Shown: piece by piece, positions 1-9,449 of the stretch
Layout of the letters: each line of letters opens with the position of its first letter
Numbering within the stretch: the stretch's first letter is position 1
IMG/VR virus record: IMGVR_UViG_3300044805_000534
Length of the DNA: 37,753 nucleotides
DNA from: an uncultured virus (IMG/VR IMGVR_UViG_3300044805_000534)
Taxonomy: Duplodnaviria > Heunggongvirae > Uroviricota > Caudoviricetes
Strand: one strand, 5' to 3'
Notes under the pieces: model-generated
The model's input: the letters and a program-made list of their open reading frames with translations, nothing else
What the model was told of the DNA's origin: nothing
Databases searched by the model: none
Program-made: the position numbers and the translations under genes

Positions 1-64
1 GCTGTAGAGCCATTTCTTCGACTTGATTAGACTCTAGTACTAGGTCCAGGAATGATTTGTGCAT
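1..64 (-). CDS. Partial CDS (runs off the window), putative head-packaged protein
   Basis: Hand translation MHKSFLDLVLESNQVEEMALQ; CTS-like start; AATAAATA box upstream (88-95, minus). Confidence 0.6.
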   Translation of the reverse strand, partial: MHKSFLDLVLESNQVEEMALQ

Positions 65-144
65 AGTTTATTAAATATTTCTATAGATATTTATTTGGGT
101 TCAAAATATTTTTCTAGAGTATAAAAAATAAAAATTCGGTACCT

Positions 145-882
145 GTGATACACAAGAGCATTTTAATAAAGTCCGATGGATTCTATCAAGTTGATTGGGA
201 TCCAGAAACTGGCCAGCCCATTAAAGAAACCAGAATAACTGGAAGACTATCAAGCTATTTTGGTAATTTTGCTGAATTTGATAATGACGTTACAGTTAGC
301 AATCTTCTTTTAATAATTGGAGACTTTGCTGATGAAGTTAACTTAATTTTTAATGGTTATCTTAATGAAGTAGATTTTGACCTTTTTTTACAAGAGGCGT
401 ATATGGCCTCAATTAAACAACCGGCGCTCGATTATATCGAATTGGCGTGGAAAGTCAGAATGACGGCATCTTCGGATATGACGATTTTAGATATTGTTCC
501 AAATCTACTTGGAGTTAGCACAATAGTAGGCAGTGACTCGGATGTTATTACTGACCTAGATTTTATTATGTTAAGGGACCTATGTAAATTTGTAATATGC
601 GAACAGACTGCTCTAGATATTCCAAACGATCAAACTTATGAAATTGCAGTTGAAGCTGAACGCAGATGGACCCTATTTGATATTATTTCTGGGTTTTTGC
701 TTGAAATTGCAAGGTACGGTTCGCCAGAAGAAAAAGAATATATGATTGACGAACTAAATAAAGAAGCTAAGCTTTCATTTACTGAATTAATGGAATATGT
801 TGATGAAATTGAAGAGCTTAGTAAAGAAATAGAAATCGGCTCACCAGATGATTTCTTAGATGATGAGGACGATGACAACTAG
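145..882 (+). CDS. Acidic hypothetical protein
   Basis: 245-aa ORF, GTG start, acidic tail, first gene of an overlapping operon. Confidence 0.8.
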   Translation: MIHKSILIKSDGFYQVDWDPETGQPIKETRITGRLSSYFGNFAEFDNDVTVSNLLLIIGDFADEVNLIFNGYLNEVDFDLFLQEAYMASIKQPALDYIELAWKVRMTASSDMTILDIVPNLLGVSTIVGSDSDVITDLDFIMLRDLCKFVICEQTALDIPNDQTYEIAVEAERRWTLFDIISGFLLEIARYGSPEEKEYMIDELNKEAKLSFTELMEYVDEIEELSKEIEIGSPDDFLDDEDDDN

Positions 883-1069
883 TTACCTAATTCGGGTTCC
901 AAATGAGTCCCTGGCAGTCACCAGAGTAGCCCTGGAGCAGCTAGAGAGTCTAATTGAATACGAATACCCAGGTGCCATTTTTACAGATCTTTTGGTATTA
1001 TTAGATATAGAAAGGCTAGACCAATTGGTCTCGGCCATTTCTGGTATCACTATATTACAAGGATTATGA
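860..1069 (+). CDS. Small hypothetical protein
   Basis: Overlaps both neighbours (ATGA junction with the next gene). Confidence 0.6.
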   Translation: MMRTMTTSYLIRVPNESLAVTRVALEQLESLIEYEYPGAIFTDLLVLLDIERLDQLVSAISGITILQGL

Positions 1070-2043
1070 GAAAAAATACAATTAAAGTACACTACACACC
1101 TAAACAGGTCCTAGCAAAGGACTCCGGTGGTAATTTTAGCAAGTCTCCGCTAAAACCAAAGAGGTTACTTGAAAATTTTGAGGCAGAGGGATTAGGCGAA
1201 CATTTTGATATTGTTGAAGATTTTACACCATATACAAATAAAGATTTTAAGATTGCCCACACTAAAAGATATGTAAATTCATTCTTTAGTGGACAAAAAG
1301 GCTGTGAATCAAATGGACTCGACTGGTCTACTCAATTTGCAGAGTCAGTTCGCTATACTAATGCATCACTGCACGCTGCAATACGGGGTTCTATTGTAGA
1401 ACCAGATCAGGTTCATTTTAGTCCAACTAGCGGATTTCACCATGCTCGACCAGATGGAGGCAGCGGCTTCTGTACATTTAGTGGTCAAGTTATTGCATCA
1501 ATTAAAATCCTACAAGAGTTTGGATTAAGCGGAGCTTATTTAGATCTAGACGGACACTTTGGAAATTCGGTTGAAGATGCTAGGGCATTTGTTAAAGATT
1601 TAGATAAAGCTGTTCCTTCTGAATTTAATATTAATCCAATTGGCAGAGGTACTTCATATATTAATAATCTTAAATGGAATCTACAAAAATTAGAAGAGGC
1701 TATCTTAACTGGCCAAATTGGATATGTTGTATGGTGTCATGGTGCAGACTCGCATGAATGGGATGATTTAGGATTTCAGTGTTCAACTGAACAATGGTTA
1801 GAGTGCTCTACAATTTTTTGGAATTGGGTTAAATCCATGGATAAAAAGTTAGGCAGGCCTCTTCCAGTAAGTTGCGCTCTATTTGGAGGATATCGTAAAG
1901 ACGATTATCAAAGTGTCTTGAATTTGCATACAGCGGACTTTGTTGAGTGCATGAATATTTTGCTTAACCTTGAGGTTAAATATACTATAAAGGTACAGCC
2001 AAAATATTCATATTCGCATGGTAAAGAAGAATACGTCCGATGA
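1066..2043 (+). CDS. Histone deacetylase (HDAC/AcuC/APAH) family Zn-dependent deacetylase
   Basis: Motifs SGFHHA, SGFC, DLDGHFGN, GADSHEWDDLG, GGY in canonical order; Zn ligands and catalytic Tyr present. Confidence 0.9.
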   Translation: MRKNTIKVHYTPKQVLAKDSGGNFSKSPLKPKRLLENFEAEGLGEHFDIVEDFTPYTNKDFKIAHTKRYVNSFFSGQKGCESNGLDWSTQFAESVRYTNASLHAAIRGSIVEPDQVHFSPTSGFHHARPDGGSGFCTFSGQVIASIKILQEFGLSGAYLDLDGHFGNSVEDARAFVKDLDKAVPSEFNINPIGRGTSYINNLKWNLQKLEEAILTGQIGYVVWCHGADSHEWDDLGFQCSTEQWLECSTIFWNWVKSMDKKLGRPLPVSCALFGGYRKDDYQSVLNLHTADFVECMNILLNLEVKYTIKVQPKYSYSHGKEEYVR

Positions 2044-2206
2044 GGAAATGGAAAAGGTCTTTAAGGACCTTGATAAGTATGGATATAATTCCAAATACTG
2101 GTCAAGAATAGATGAAGTAATCCACTGGTTAGAATCCAGGGAAGAATATGAAAAGTGTGCGGATCTTTATGACTATAAAAAGTTTTACATAGACCCCATA
2201 AAATGA
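2018..2206 (+). CDS. Small protein with UVR-like (UvrB/C) helical hairpin motif
   Basis: WLESREEYEKCADLYD resembles the UVR consensus A...EDYE.AA.LRD. Confidence 0.65.
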   Translation: MVKKNTSDEEMEKVFKDLDKYGYNSKYWSRIDEVIHWLESREEYEKCADLYDYKKFYIDPIK

Positions 2207-2463
2207 TAACACACAAACTCTGCCTAACCCTAACAATTACACTGCATGGACTTTTACTTTTTTGTATGGCATGCTACCTACCTCATCTACTCATACATTC
2301 TCCAGCATGGGTTGCATTTCCAGTAATCTTTATGTTAATAAATTTTATTTGGACTGGAGGCGCTCAACCACTAACTGATTTAGAAAATTCATTTAGGGCA
2401 AAATTAGGCTGGCCCAGAATACACTGCTTTATTGGACACTACCTTACAAACATGTTAAAATAA
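2203..2463 (+). CDS. DUF2784-like membrane protein
   Basis: Two TM helices then PLTDLENSFR..LG...CFIGHYL, resembling the DUF2784 pattern. Confidence 0.6.
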   Translation: MITHKLCLTLTITLHGLLLFCMACYLPHLLIHSPAWVAFPVIFMLINFIWTGGAQPLTDLENSFRAKLGWPRIHCFIGHYLTNMLK

Positions 2464-2464
2464 A

Positions 2465-2489
2465 AAAGAGGAGACTGGGTCTCCTCTTT
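2465..2489. terminator. Bidirectional intrinsic terminator
   Basis: AAAGAGGAGAC-tgg-GTCTCCTCTTT between convergent genes. Confidence 0.85.
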
Positions 2490-2512
2490 CAGTTTATCAA
2501 TATTGGATAATC

Positions 2513-2809
2513 TTATTTAGGTTCGTCAGTTGGAGTTTCTTCGGTTAAAGTTTCAGATTTCTTACCTCCCACAATATTCTTAACACCAAGCAAAGCTGCT
2601 CCGATTGTTGTAAACATTACAGATTGGTTGATAATGTCAATAGATTTATCTAAAAACATTTTGTCAATGCAACCTAATAGGAAACATAGACCTCCAATAA
2701 AAATAATGTAAACTCCAGCCGTTGAGGTAGAAGAAGTTTTGCCAGTATCGTTTGAAGTCATTTCACCAAATGAAAACTTCTTAATATCTCCGATTTTAGG
2801 TATTGCCAT
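2513..2809 (-). CDS. Small two-TM membrane protein, holin-like
   Basis: 98 aa, two hydrophobic helices, charged C-tail. Confidence 0.55.
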   Translation of the reverse strand: MAIPKIGDIKKFSFGEMTSNDTGKTSSTSTAGVYIIFIGGLCFLLGCIDKMFLDKSIDIINQSVMFTTIGAALLGVKNIVGGKKSETLTEETPTDEPK

Positions 2810-2826
2810 AATTAAAGGATTTTTTA

Positions 2827-3678
2827 TTATTTATCTGATAAGTAATCTTCAAGGAACTCAGTAAGCTTCTCGGAATCAGATAATTCTGTGTAATCCATTT
2901 TGTATTGTTGGTTAAATCTTTCGGCTAATAGATTAGAAGCCTTTGTTTTATTGTGCTGAATTAATAGATTAATACCAAGCCAATCTGCCTCCTGCTCCTG
3001 TCTTGTTGAATAGTAAGGTTCGCCTTGATGATTTGCAATTGAGTGACCAATTTCATGAGCCTCAACCGCAAGCATATGATCCTTTGTAAAATATGATTCG
3101 CTTACCTCTGATCCATCAAAATAGATAGTTTGATTTTCTAAATTGGCAAATGCAATTCCAAGTTTTTCAAAGTATGGTTTAGTAGTATTGTATAAACTAT
3201 CATTTGGATAGGTAATAACTAGAGTCCAGCTTGGATCCAGTTGAGCTGACATTGTAATAGGTTCTTCAATACTTTCACTAAGGCTTAGGTCTCTAACTTC
3301 ATCTTCAGTATCTTCGTTTCCCTTAAATGGATCTTTAAAATTAACTTGGCCCTTGACTTTGCTTGCATTACGACCCATCATGTCTCTCCATAATTCTCTA
3401 ACATCAGGCTGGCCCATTTGATCGGCTAACGCGGCTGAATAAAATCCTTTGTCTTCGATTTGCGCAATTTCAAACCATTTCTCAACTCCAATTCTTTTTC
3501 CGTGTTTATCACGAATTGAGGCTAGGTGCTTAAACCTTAAAAACAGGTCTGTATTATAAGTATCACCTATGTATTTACGTTGAGGATTCAGCTCAGACAG
3601 TTTTTTTGTATATGGCTTTGCTGGTGCGATTGCTTCGGTTATCCAGTCAGTAAATTGTTTAACTTGCATGTTTTGCAT
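2827..3678 (-). CDS. Putative head-packaged protein with C-terminal HExxH metallopeptidase domain
   Basis: Leader QVKQFTDWITE; AHEIGH...EQEADWLG zincin motif; GATAAATA box at 3707-3714 (minus). Confidence 0.75.
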   Translation of the reverse strand: MQNMQVKQFTDWITEAIAPAKPYTKKLSELNPQRKYIGDTYNTDLFLRFKHLASIRDKHGKRIGVEKWFEIAQIEDKGFYSAALADQMGQPDVRELWRDMMGRNASKVKGQVNFKDPFKGNEDTEDEVRDLSLSESIEEPITMSAQLDPSWTLVITYPNDSLYNTTKPYFEKLGIAFANLENQTIYFDGSEVSESYFTKDHMLAVEAHEIGHSIANHQGEPYYSTRQEQEADWLGINLLIQHNKTKASNLLAERFNQQYKMDYTELSDSEKLTEFLEDYLSDK

Positions 3679-3754
3679 ATTGTTTAATTATCTTGTACTA
3701 CATTATTATTTATCGTCACTAAGATAGATAAACTAAAATAACGAGTCTATTCCA

Positions 3755-4378
3755 ATGAAACCTAGATTCCATGAAGAAGACGACCTGGAGTTCAACCCAG
3801 ACGACTTTGACACAATTCCAGCTGCAAACTTTGATTTTGCAGATGAGTTTGAACCAATTGAAAAAGAAGAACCAGAGTATGGATCTGGTGATGAAGCTGA
3901 GCTAAAATCACTACAAGCTAAACTTAGAGAACTTCCAAAAGGTCACCCTATGAAAAAAGATCTTGCAATTAAAATACTAGATCTACATAAAAAACTTTCA
4001 GCCGAAGATACTGGTTATAATAGCCGTAGAGAACAGGCTGAAGTAAAAGCGCAAAGAGCGAATCAGAAAAAACAGCAATGGATTGATTCTGTAGTAGACG
4101 ACGAGCCCTCCTACAATGGTTTTGAAAGTAGACGTGTTATGAAGTGCTCAGACTTTATTATCTTAGAAAAGAAAAGAGCAGAAGTTTTAAAGGATGCCGA
4201 TAAGAAATTTCCAAATCTAAAAAAAGCAGAAATGAAAAAAATGCTTAGAGATCAGGAAGCTGGCTCAAAAGATTTTAAACAAAAATCTAAAAAATATTTT
4301 GGTTGGGCGAAGGATCCTGAAGCAGCAGCCGCTGCTTTTATAAGAAAAGCGACCGGCAAAGAACCAAAAGATCTTTAA
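3755..4378 (+). CDS. Charged hypothetical protein
   Basis: 207-aa ORF, acidic N-half and basic C-half, internal CTS-like segment VMKCSDFIILE. Confidence 0.8.
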   Translation: MKPRFHEEDDLEFNPDDFDTIPAANFDFADEFEPIEKEEPEYGSGDEAELKSLQAKLRELPKGHPMKKDLAIKILDLHKKLSAEDTGYNSRREQAEVKAQRANQKKQQWIDSVVDDEPSYNGFESRRVMKCSDFIILEKKRAEVLKDADKKFPNLKKAEMKKMLRDQEAGSKDFKQKSKKYFGWAKDPEAAAAAFIRKATGKEPKDL

Positions 4379-4390
4379 TTAAAAATTTAG

Positions 4391-4418
4391 AGCCGAGCGT
4401 AAAACCTCGGCTTTTTTT
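4391..4418 (+). terminator. Intrinsic terminator
   Basis: AGCCGAG-loop-CTCGGCT followed by a T run. Confidence 0.85.
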
Positions 4419-4422
4419 AGCT

Positions 4423-4905
4423 ATGTTGAGACATTTTTTAATTATAATTATCCTGTTTTTTATAACTAATTGGGCAAATGCTCAAATAGTTGTCGATAAA
4501 GGCGGAGACAGTTGGTCGACTAAAGTTGATTCAGCTCTAGTTTTAATTAAGAAAACTTCGCCGAAGCATTGGCAAATGGTTCAAGAATCGTGCAATCATA
4601 TTTCAATGTGGAATGGAAAAACTTCAACTACACAACCTGGCAAAGGAAGTGAACTGGGTACAATCGTAATATCCAGGGATGATTTTAAATTAAATTCAAT
4701 AAACAATATAGCTGCAGTAATTGTTCACGAGAGCAAACACCTATGGATCTCTATTAATACTATTAATTATAGTAGCGGTAGTGCAGAAGAGGCAGACTGC
4801 TATTTATGGGAACTTGAATTTTTACAAATGATTCCAAACGTTGAACCATGGTTAGTCCAACATGTCTTTAACCAATTTATTGGTAACACTGAACCTCGTA
4901 AATAA
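4423..4905 (+). CDS. Secreted HExxH metallopeptidase-like protein
   Basis: Signal peptide (ANA|Q); VHESKH and downstream EEADCY. Confidence 0.65.
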   Translation: MLRHFLIIIILFFITNWANAQIVVDKGGDSWSTKVDSALVLIKKTSPKHWQMVQESCNHISMWNGKTSTTQPGKGSELGTIVISRDDFKLNSINNIAAVIVHESKHLWISINTINYSSGSAEEADCYLWELEFLQMIPNVEPWLVQHVFNQFIGNTEPRK

Positions 4906-4993
4906 AAAAGGGCAGAGATAGTAGCGAACTTTTCTCTGCCCAACCCGTGAACTAGTCCCGGTCCTAAAGTGAGGTATTAAACCTCAACTATCT
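4904..4993 (-). ncRNA. Candidate structured RNA/terminator with two arms complementary to 23S rRNA H69-H71
   Basis: Hairpins 4970-4986 and 4910-4941 (U-tail on minus); plus-strand GTAGCGAA and CCGTgAACTAgtccCGGTCCTAAaGT match the 23S/I-CeuI site. Confidence 0.55.
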
Positions 4994-5628
4994 TAATCTT
5001 TATCAGGATCTTTTTCGTCGTCGTCTTCTTCATCGTCTTCATTTGGTCCAGAGATTTCGTCTAATTCTTCTTGAACTCTCTCGTGTAACATCCAAGTATT
5101 TTCATCTCGCCAATCGTTAAGAGTTTCTACAAGTTCACTACAAAAAGAGTCAATATCATCTAAATTATTCATGGAACCGCCAGTAAGATCTTCAATTGAT
5201 ATAAATTCATAACTACTTAAATCGCCATCGGCAATGTCTAATTGCGAAACGTCCTTTGAATCAATTTGAAATGCCCATGAATGGTTAAATCCTTTAATTA
5301 AATCTGTAACTGGGGCTAAGCCCAATTTCCAAAGTCTAACTAATTCTGGTGATAATTCGGATTCATCATCTTGAAAAGCAAGCCTAAGTCTAACTGCATA
5401 ACTTGCATAAACCCTAGGTTCTTCGCCCTGAAAGTTTAGGTCATCAATATTCCAATCCTGATCAATATGTAGCGTGCTATTATTTTCATCTAGATATGCC
5501 CGGTAACCGCTCCAGCTATCCATACCATCTGCAATTTGTTCTAAGATTTCGTTAAATGCTGAATCGGCTGGTTCTTCTAGATAACCGTCGCTTTCATTTA
5601 TAAATTGATTAAATCTTTTAATTTTCAT
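4993..5628 (-). CDS. Acidic putative head-packaged protein
   Basis: Leader MKIKRFNQFINE; RLWKLGL motif. Confidence 0.85.
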   Translation of the reverse strand: MKIKRFNQFINESDGYLEEPADSAFNEILEQIADGMDSWSGYRAYLDENNSTLHIDQDWNIDDLNFQGEEPRVYASYAVRLRLAFQDDESELSPELVRLWKLGLAPVTDLIKGFNHSWAFQIDSKDVSQLDIADGDLSSYEFISIEDLTGGSMNNLDDIDSFCSELVETLNDWRDENTWMLHERVQEELDEISGPNEDDEEDDDEKDPDKD

Positions 5629-5629
5629 A

Positions 5630-6919
5630 TTAATCTAAATATTTTGCAAGTTTTCCAACCTCAGCGTAATCGCCTGCATCTAGAGCAGCATCCAGTAATT
5701 CCTGAATTTCTCTTTTACTTAATTGTGATAGGTCAGCTGGTTCGTTTTGAGTAGGAGCCATTCCAAAATCTGGAACCTCTTCATCAAATTGGCCTCTTTC
5801 CCAATCCTTTATCTCTTGTTGAATTTCTAGAATAATATCTTTTATTTTTGCAGTTGCTCCAGCATCTTCACTAAAGATTTCTTTCATTAACTGTAAAAAT
5901 TGCGTAGATTCCATTTGCATTAGTTTGCCAAATACATGTTCTCTAATATTTTCAACCTCAACGTTATCTGTAAATCTGTTTATAAAATCTCTAAGATCTG
6001 CCGCTAAATATGGCCCATATCTTAAATCTTCTAATTCATCGCTAAGTGTTCCAGTACTTGCAATCACCTTTTCTGCCTCTTCTTCATCTTCGGGAATTGC
6101 AGCAGCACCAATTAATTTGTAAATACCTTTAATTGTTTCATGTAATAACATTGCAAAATCTGTACCAAGTGCAGTAATGGTAGGTTCCATTTCATTAAGC
6201 GAATCTTCGATTTCTGGAGTTTGGATATCTCCACTCTCTAAGGACTTAATGATTTCGTCTGCAGTTTGCTCGTCATTCTTAATTGGTTTCCAATCAACAT
6301 CAACTGAACCACTAAATCCACTCTTATCTCGTTCCCACATCTGCTTTTGAACTTCCATTGGAATTCTCCAATCAAGTGCAGATGCAATATCTGTAATTTT
6401 CTTAAGAAGATCTATCATTTTTGCAGCACCAGCTGGTCCAAAAATCTTAATCATTCCATCCATAGTTTCAGGTAAAGCTAACATAAGTTTTGCATTTTTA
6501 GCTTCGCCCTGCATAATTGCATTGCCTATTTTACGTTTATTAATTGCGGCAATTGTACCTGCATCAGTAATTTCCTTTTGGTCAGCTGGTGTTTCCATTT
6601 CAACTGGTTCCATCATTTGTTGGATTTCTCCCTCTTTTGGAAATTTAATAATTAATTTAGTTTGACCCAAGATTGAACCATACTGTTGCAAAATAATATA
6701 TTCTGCAAGTTTTTCTAATTGAGCCTTAACCTGAGGGGTTTGCATTTGCTGAACTTGTCCAACCAACTGCATAAACTGACCCATTTCTCTGCCCAGTCTC
6801 TGCTCAGTACCTTGAACATCTTGCATTGCTCGGCGTTCAACTCCTTTTAAATATTCGCCAGGCGTGCCAGGATTTCCCTGTAAACTTGCCTCTTGTAAAA
6901 ATTGTTTTATTGTTTTCAT
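5630..6919 (-). CDS. Putative head-packaged protein with C-terminal UVR-like motif
   Basis: 429 aa; leader MKTIKQFLQE; ends LDAALDAGDYAEVGKLAKYL. Confidence 0.85.
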   Translation of the reverse strand: MKTIKQFLQEASLQGNPGTPGEYLKGVERRAMQDVQGTEQRLGREMGQFMQLVGQVQQMQTPQVKAQLEKLAEYIILQQYGSILGQTKLIIKFPKEGEIQQMMEPVEMETPADQKEITDAGTIAAINKRKIGNAIMQGEAKNAKLMLALPETMDGMIKIFGPAGAAKMIDLLKKITDIASALDWRIPMEVQKQMWERDKSGFSGSVDVDWKPIKNDEQTADEIIKSLESGDIQTPEIEDSLNEMEPTITALGTDFAMLLHETIKGIYKLIGAAAIPEDEEEAEKVIASTGTLSDELEDLRYGPYLAADLRDFINRFTDNVEVENIREHVFGKLMQMESTQFLQLMKEIFSEDAGATAKIKDIILEIQQEIKDWERGQFDEEVPDFGMAPTQNEPADLSQLSKREIQELLDAALDAGDYAEVGKLAKYLD

Positions 6920-6920
6920 A

Positions 6921-8552
6921 TTACTTAAGGAATTCCTTTGGTGTAGTACCTAATTTTTTTAATTCCATTTCAAACCTCTTAATAACATCTTCAGCAGTTG
7001 CGCTTGGTTCAGGCTTAACTGATGGTTTTTTAGTTGGGATTGGCCCTGGTCTTGGTGTTACTTTAGGTTTAGTTACTGGCTCTTTAATTGCAGGTTCAGC
7101 TGCATAGAACTCATTTACAATACTTTCACCAAGTAGTTCTAAAATTTTAGGTTCACTCTTAACGGCATTTAGTAATTGTGGATATTTAAATAATCCAGTA
7201 CTGGCATAACCTTTAATCTCATCTAAAATTGCCTTTGCATTTTGAATAACCTCAGCTTTGGTTTGAGGATTAATATTTGGAAGTAACATATTAAATAGTT
7301 TAGCAGAGAAAATTGACATTACACCAAACTTCATATATAGAGTAACAATCTCTTCTTCCTTAACTGCTGGTGCAATTCTTTCCATTAGGATATTAAGAAT
7401 TACTCTAGCAGATTCTTGGTCGTCTTCTGGATTTACTTTATAACTTGCCTTAATAACTGATTCCAATACTTGGATTGGAGATTTTTTATCAAGGTTTAAT
7501 TCAGTAATTACCTTTTTAATCATTGCTTCAATTGGAAATACTGTAATTAAGGTTTTGATTAATTTTTCTGGATAGCCAAACTGGTTAAAGTGTTTAGTAA
7601 TATCGTCAGTTTGTTTAACACTTTTATCATTAATATCATGACTATATGTAACTTTACCATCATAGGAAATAGTTGTTCCAATTAGGTGACGTGGATCAGT
7701 TGGCGGTAAACCAAAATCAAATGTATTAATTTGCACAGCGCCTCCGCCATATGAACTATTATTAAAACTTCCTCTGTTAATACACCAACTTGCAACTGAA
7801 CATAATTCCTTTTGAGCTTTTTCAGTTCGGGCACTTAACATTAAGTAGCGATCATCTGCATAAATTACAGAACCTTCTGGTTCTAATTCTTCTAATTTAT
7901 CAATTTTACTTTGAACATCAGAATTTAGGTAACCTTTAACATAGCTTTCAGCATAAACAATAAAATCAATTGGATTAGTAAAAGCTTTTGCTTTCTTTAA
8001 GAGACGCACTTTAACTTCTTGACCTAAATCATTCATGATTGTTGCTGCATTAAATAGTCTCTGTAAGTCTTCTTTTGGTAATTCTCTAGCAGCTCTACGT
8101 AAATTTCCTGGCAATTCGTTAAGAATCCATTTTGATTTACGGCGAGTTTCAATTTGACTAAACTCATCCATTAAGGCTTCAAATGCAGGAACTCCATTTA
8201 CTTTATCTTGATTTGGAAACTCAATAAGTGGAATTGATAATTCTCCAAGAAATTGGGAATTTGCTTTGATTTTATCAAGCAATTGCTGCAACTGTTCAAA
8301 TGAAACTCGGTGGTCAAATTTAAATTTAACAAAGGTTGAAGCATATCCAGGAAGTGGCTGAATTAACTGAAGAACTTTTTTATAATCTTCATTTGCAAAA
8401 ACTCTAGCCTGATCCTCTGGCGCAATTTCAGAAACTTCAATTCCTTTTGCTTGTGCAAAACGTTTTAACATATATTGCTTAGCTGCCTGAACATTCTCAG
8501 TTAAGAGTCTGCTCGAACGTTTCCAGCTATTAAATGATTCTATTATTCTCAT
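6921..8552 (-). CDS. Large putative head-packaged protein
   Basis: 543 aa; leader ending LLTE; SWCI..F...Y (PcfJ-like) motif; Pro/Lys-rich tail. Confidence 0.85.
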   Translation of the reverse strand: MRIIESFNSWKRSSRLLTENVQAAKQYMLKRFAQAKGIEVSEIAPEDQARVFANEDYKKVLQLIQPLPGYASTFVKFKFDHRVSFEQLQQLLDKIKANSQFLGELSIPLIEFPNQDKVNGVPAFEALMDEFSQIETRRKSKWILNELPGNLRRAARELPKEDLQRLFNAATIMNDLGQEVKVRLLKKAKAFTNPIDFIVYAESYVKGYLNSDVQSKIDKLEELEPEGSVIYADDRYLMLSARTEKAQKELCSVASWCINRGSFNNSSYGGGAVQINTFDFGLPPTDPRHLIGTTISYDGKVTYSHDINDKSVKQTDDITKHFNQFGYPEKLIKTLITVFPIEAMIKKVITELNLDKKSPIQVLESVIKASYKVNPEDDQESARVILNILMERIAPAVKEEEIVTLYMKFGVMSIFSAKLFNMLLPNINPQTKAEVIQNAKAILDEIKGYASTGLFKYPQLLNAVKSEPKILELLGESIVNEFYAAEPAIKEPVTKPKVTPRPGPIPTKKPSVKPEPSATAEDVIKRFEMELKKLGTTPKEFLK

Positions 8553-9159
8553 CGTTAAAATAACCTTGTTTAGTTTTTCCTTTTACATAATATCTCCAAT
8601 CTTCACGACTCTTTCTTTCAGCCATTTCCAATTGATCCCAATCAATATGTTCAGCTGCCCATTTCATTGCAACTCTATAAAATTCAGTTTCATTCGAGTA
8701 CGCTGATTTTGGGATAGCTTTCATTTCGATATCCATTGAACCTATACGGCGGCCCCATACTCCAATATTAATTCCTTTAGGAGTCATTCTGCGAATTTTA
8801 CTTGGACCGGGAAAAAATCCTATACCCCAACCAGTTGATCTTGTATAACCCGGTTTTGCCCAAACAAGGGTACCATTTAAGAGTTGAGTTGGGCTTGAAA
8901 CTACTGCAAGACCTTTGGCCTTTAGTAATTGAGCTTCTGGTGAATCTAAAACTTCTCTAATTTCCGGAAGCGCTGTTCCTGCGTGTTCGCCTCTAGACGT
9001 AGCCGAAAGCATTGCATCCTTTCGGATATTCTTGGAATCTTGTCTATATTGATCTGTATCAAGTAAACCAAGTTCCTTTAATCTAGCAAGCTTGGCCAAT
9101 TTCTCTTCGGAAGATTCGTCTTCATTGATAAATGCACCAAATTTTTTAAAGTATGACAT
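8530..9159 (-). CDS. Putative head-packaged protein
   Basis: Leader MSYFKKFGAFINE; RLKELGL motif; GATAAATA at 9181-9188 (minus). Confidence 0.85.
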   Translation of the reverse strand: MSYFKKFGAFINEDESSEEKLAKLARLKELGLLDTDQYRQDSKNIRKDAMLSATSRGEHAGTALPEIREVLDSPEAQLLKAKGLAVVSSPTQLLNGTLVWAKPGYTRSTGWGIGFFPGPSKIRRMTPKGINIGVWGRRIGSMDIEMKAIPKSAYSNETEFYRVAMKWAAEHIDWDQLEMAERKSREDWRYYVKGKTKQGYFNDENNRII

Positions 9160-9230
9160 TGAATTTATCCTATTTGTAGTTATTTATCCAGATCTAGTAC
9201 TATTAGTCTGACATTAGGTATAATAGAATT

Positions 9231-9449
9231 ATGATAGAATTAGGAAAACTTTTTACGTATTTGGTTTTAGTAGTAACATCTGGCTCAGGTACACCAGATT
9301 TTCAAGGTACATACCAATATAGTGTATATGATGCAGAAACCTGTATTGAAGGAACTGTGTATTGTAGAACTGCACACCAGGCTGGCGATACTATTAGAAT
9401 ACAGATAGAAAAACCACAAGTTGCACGAAAGGTGCCAGTAAAGAATTAG
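9231..9449 (+). CDS. Small hypothetical protein
   Basis: TAGGTATAAT at 9215-9224 directly upstream. Confidence 0.65.
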   Translation: MIELGKLFTYLVLVVTSGSGTPDFQGTYQYSVYDAETCIEGTVYCRTAHQAGDTIRIQIEKPQVARKVPVKN

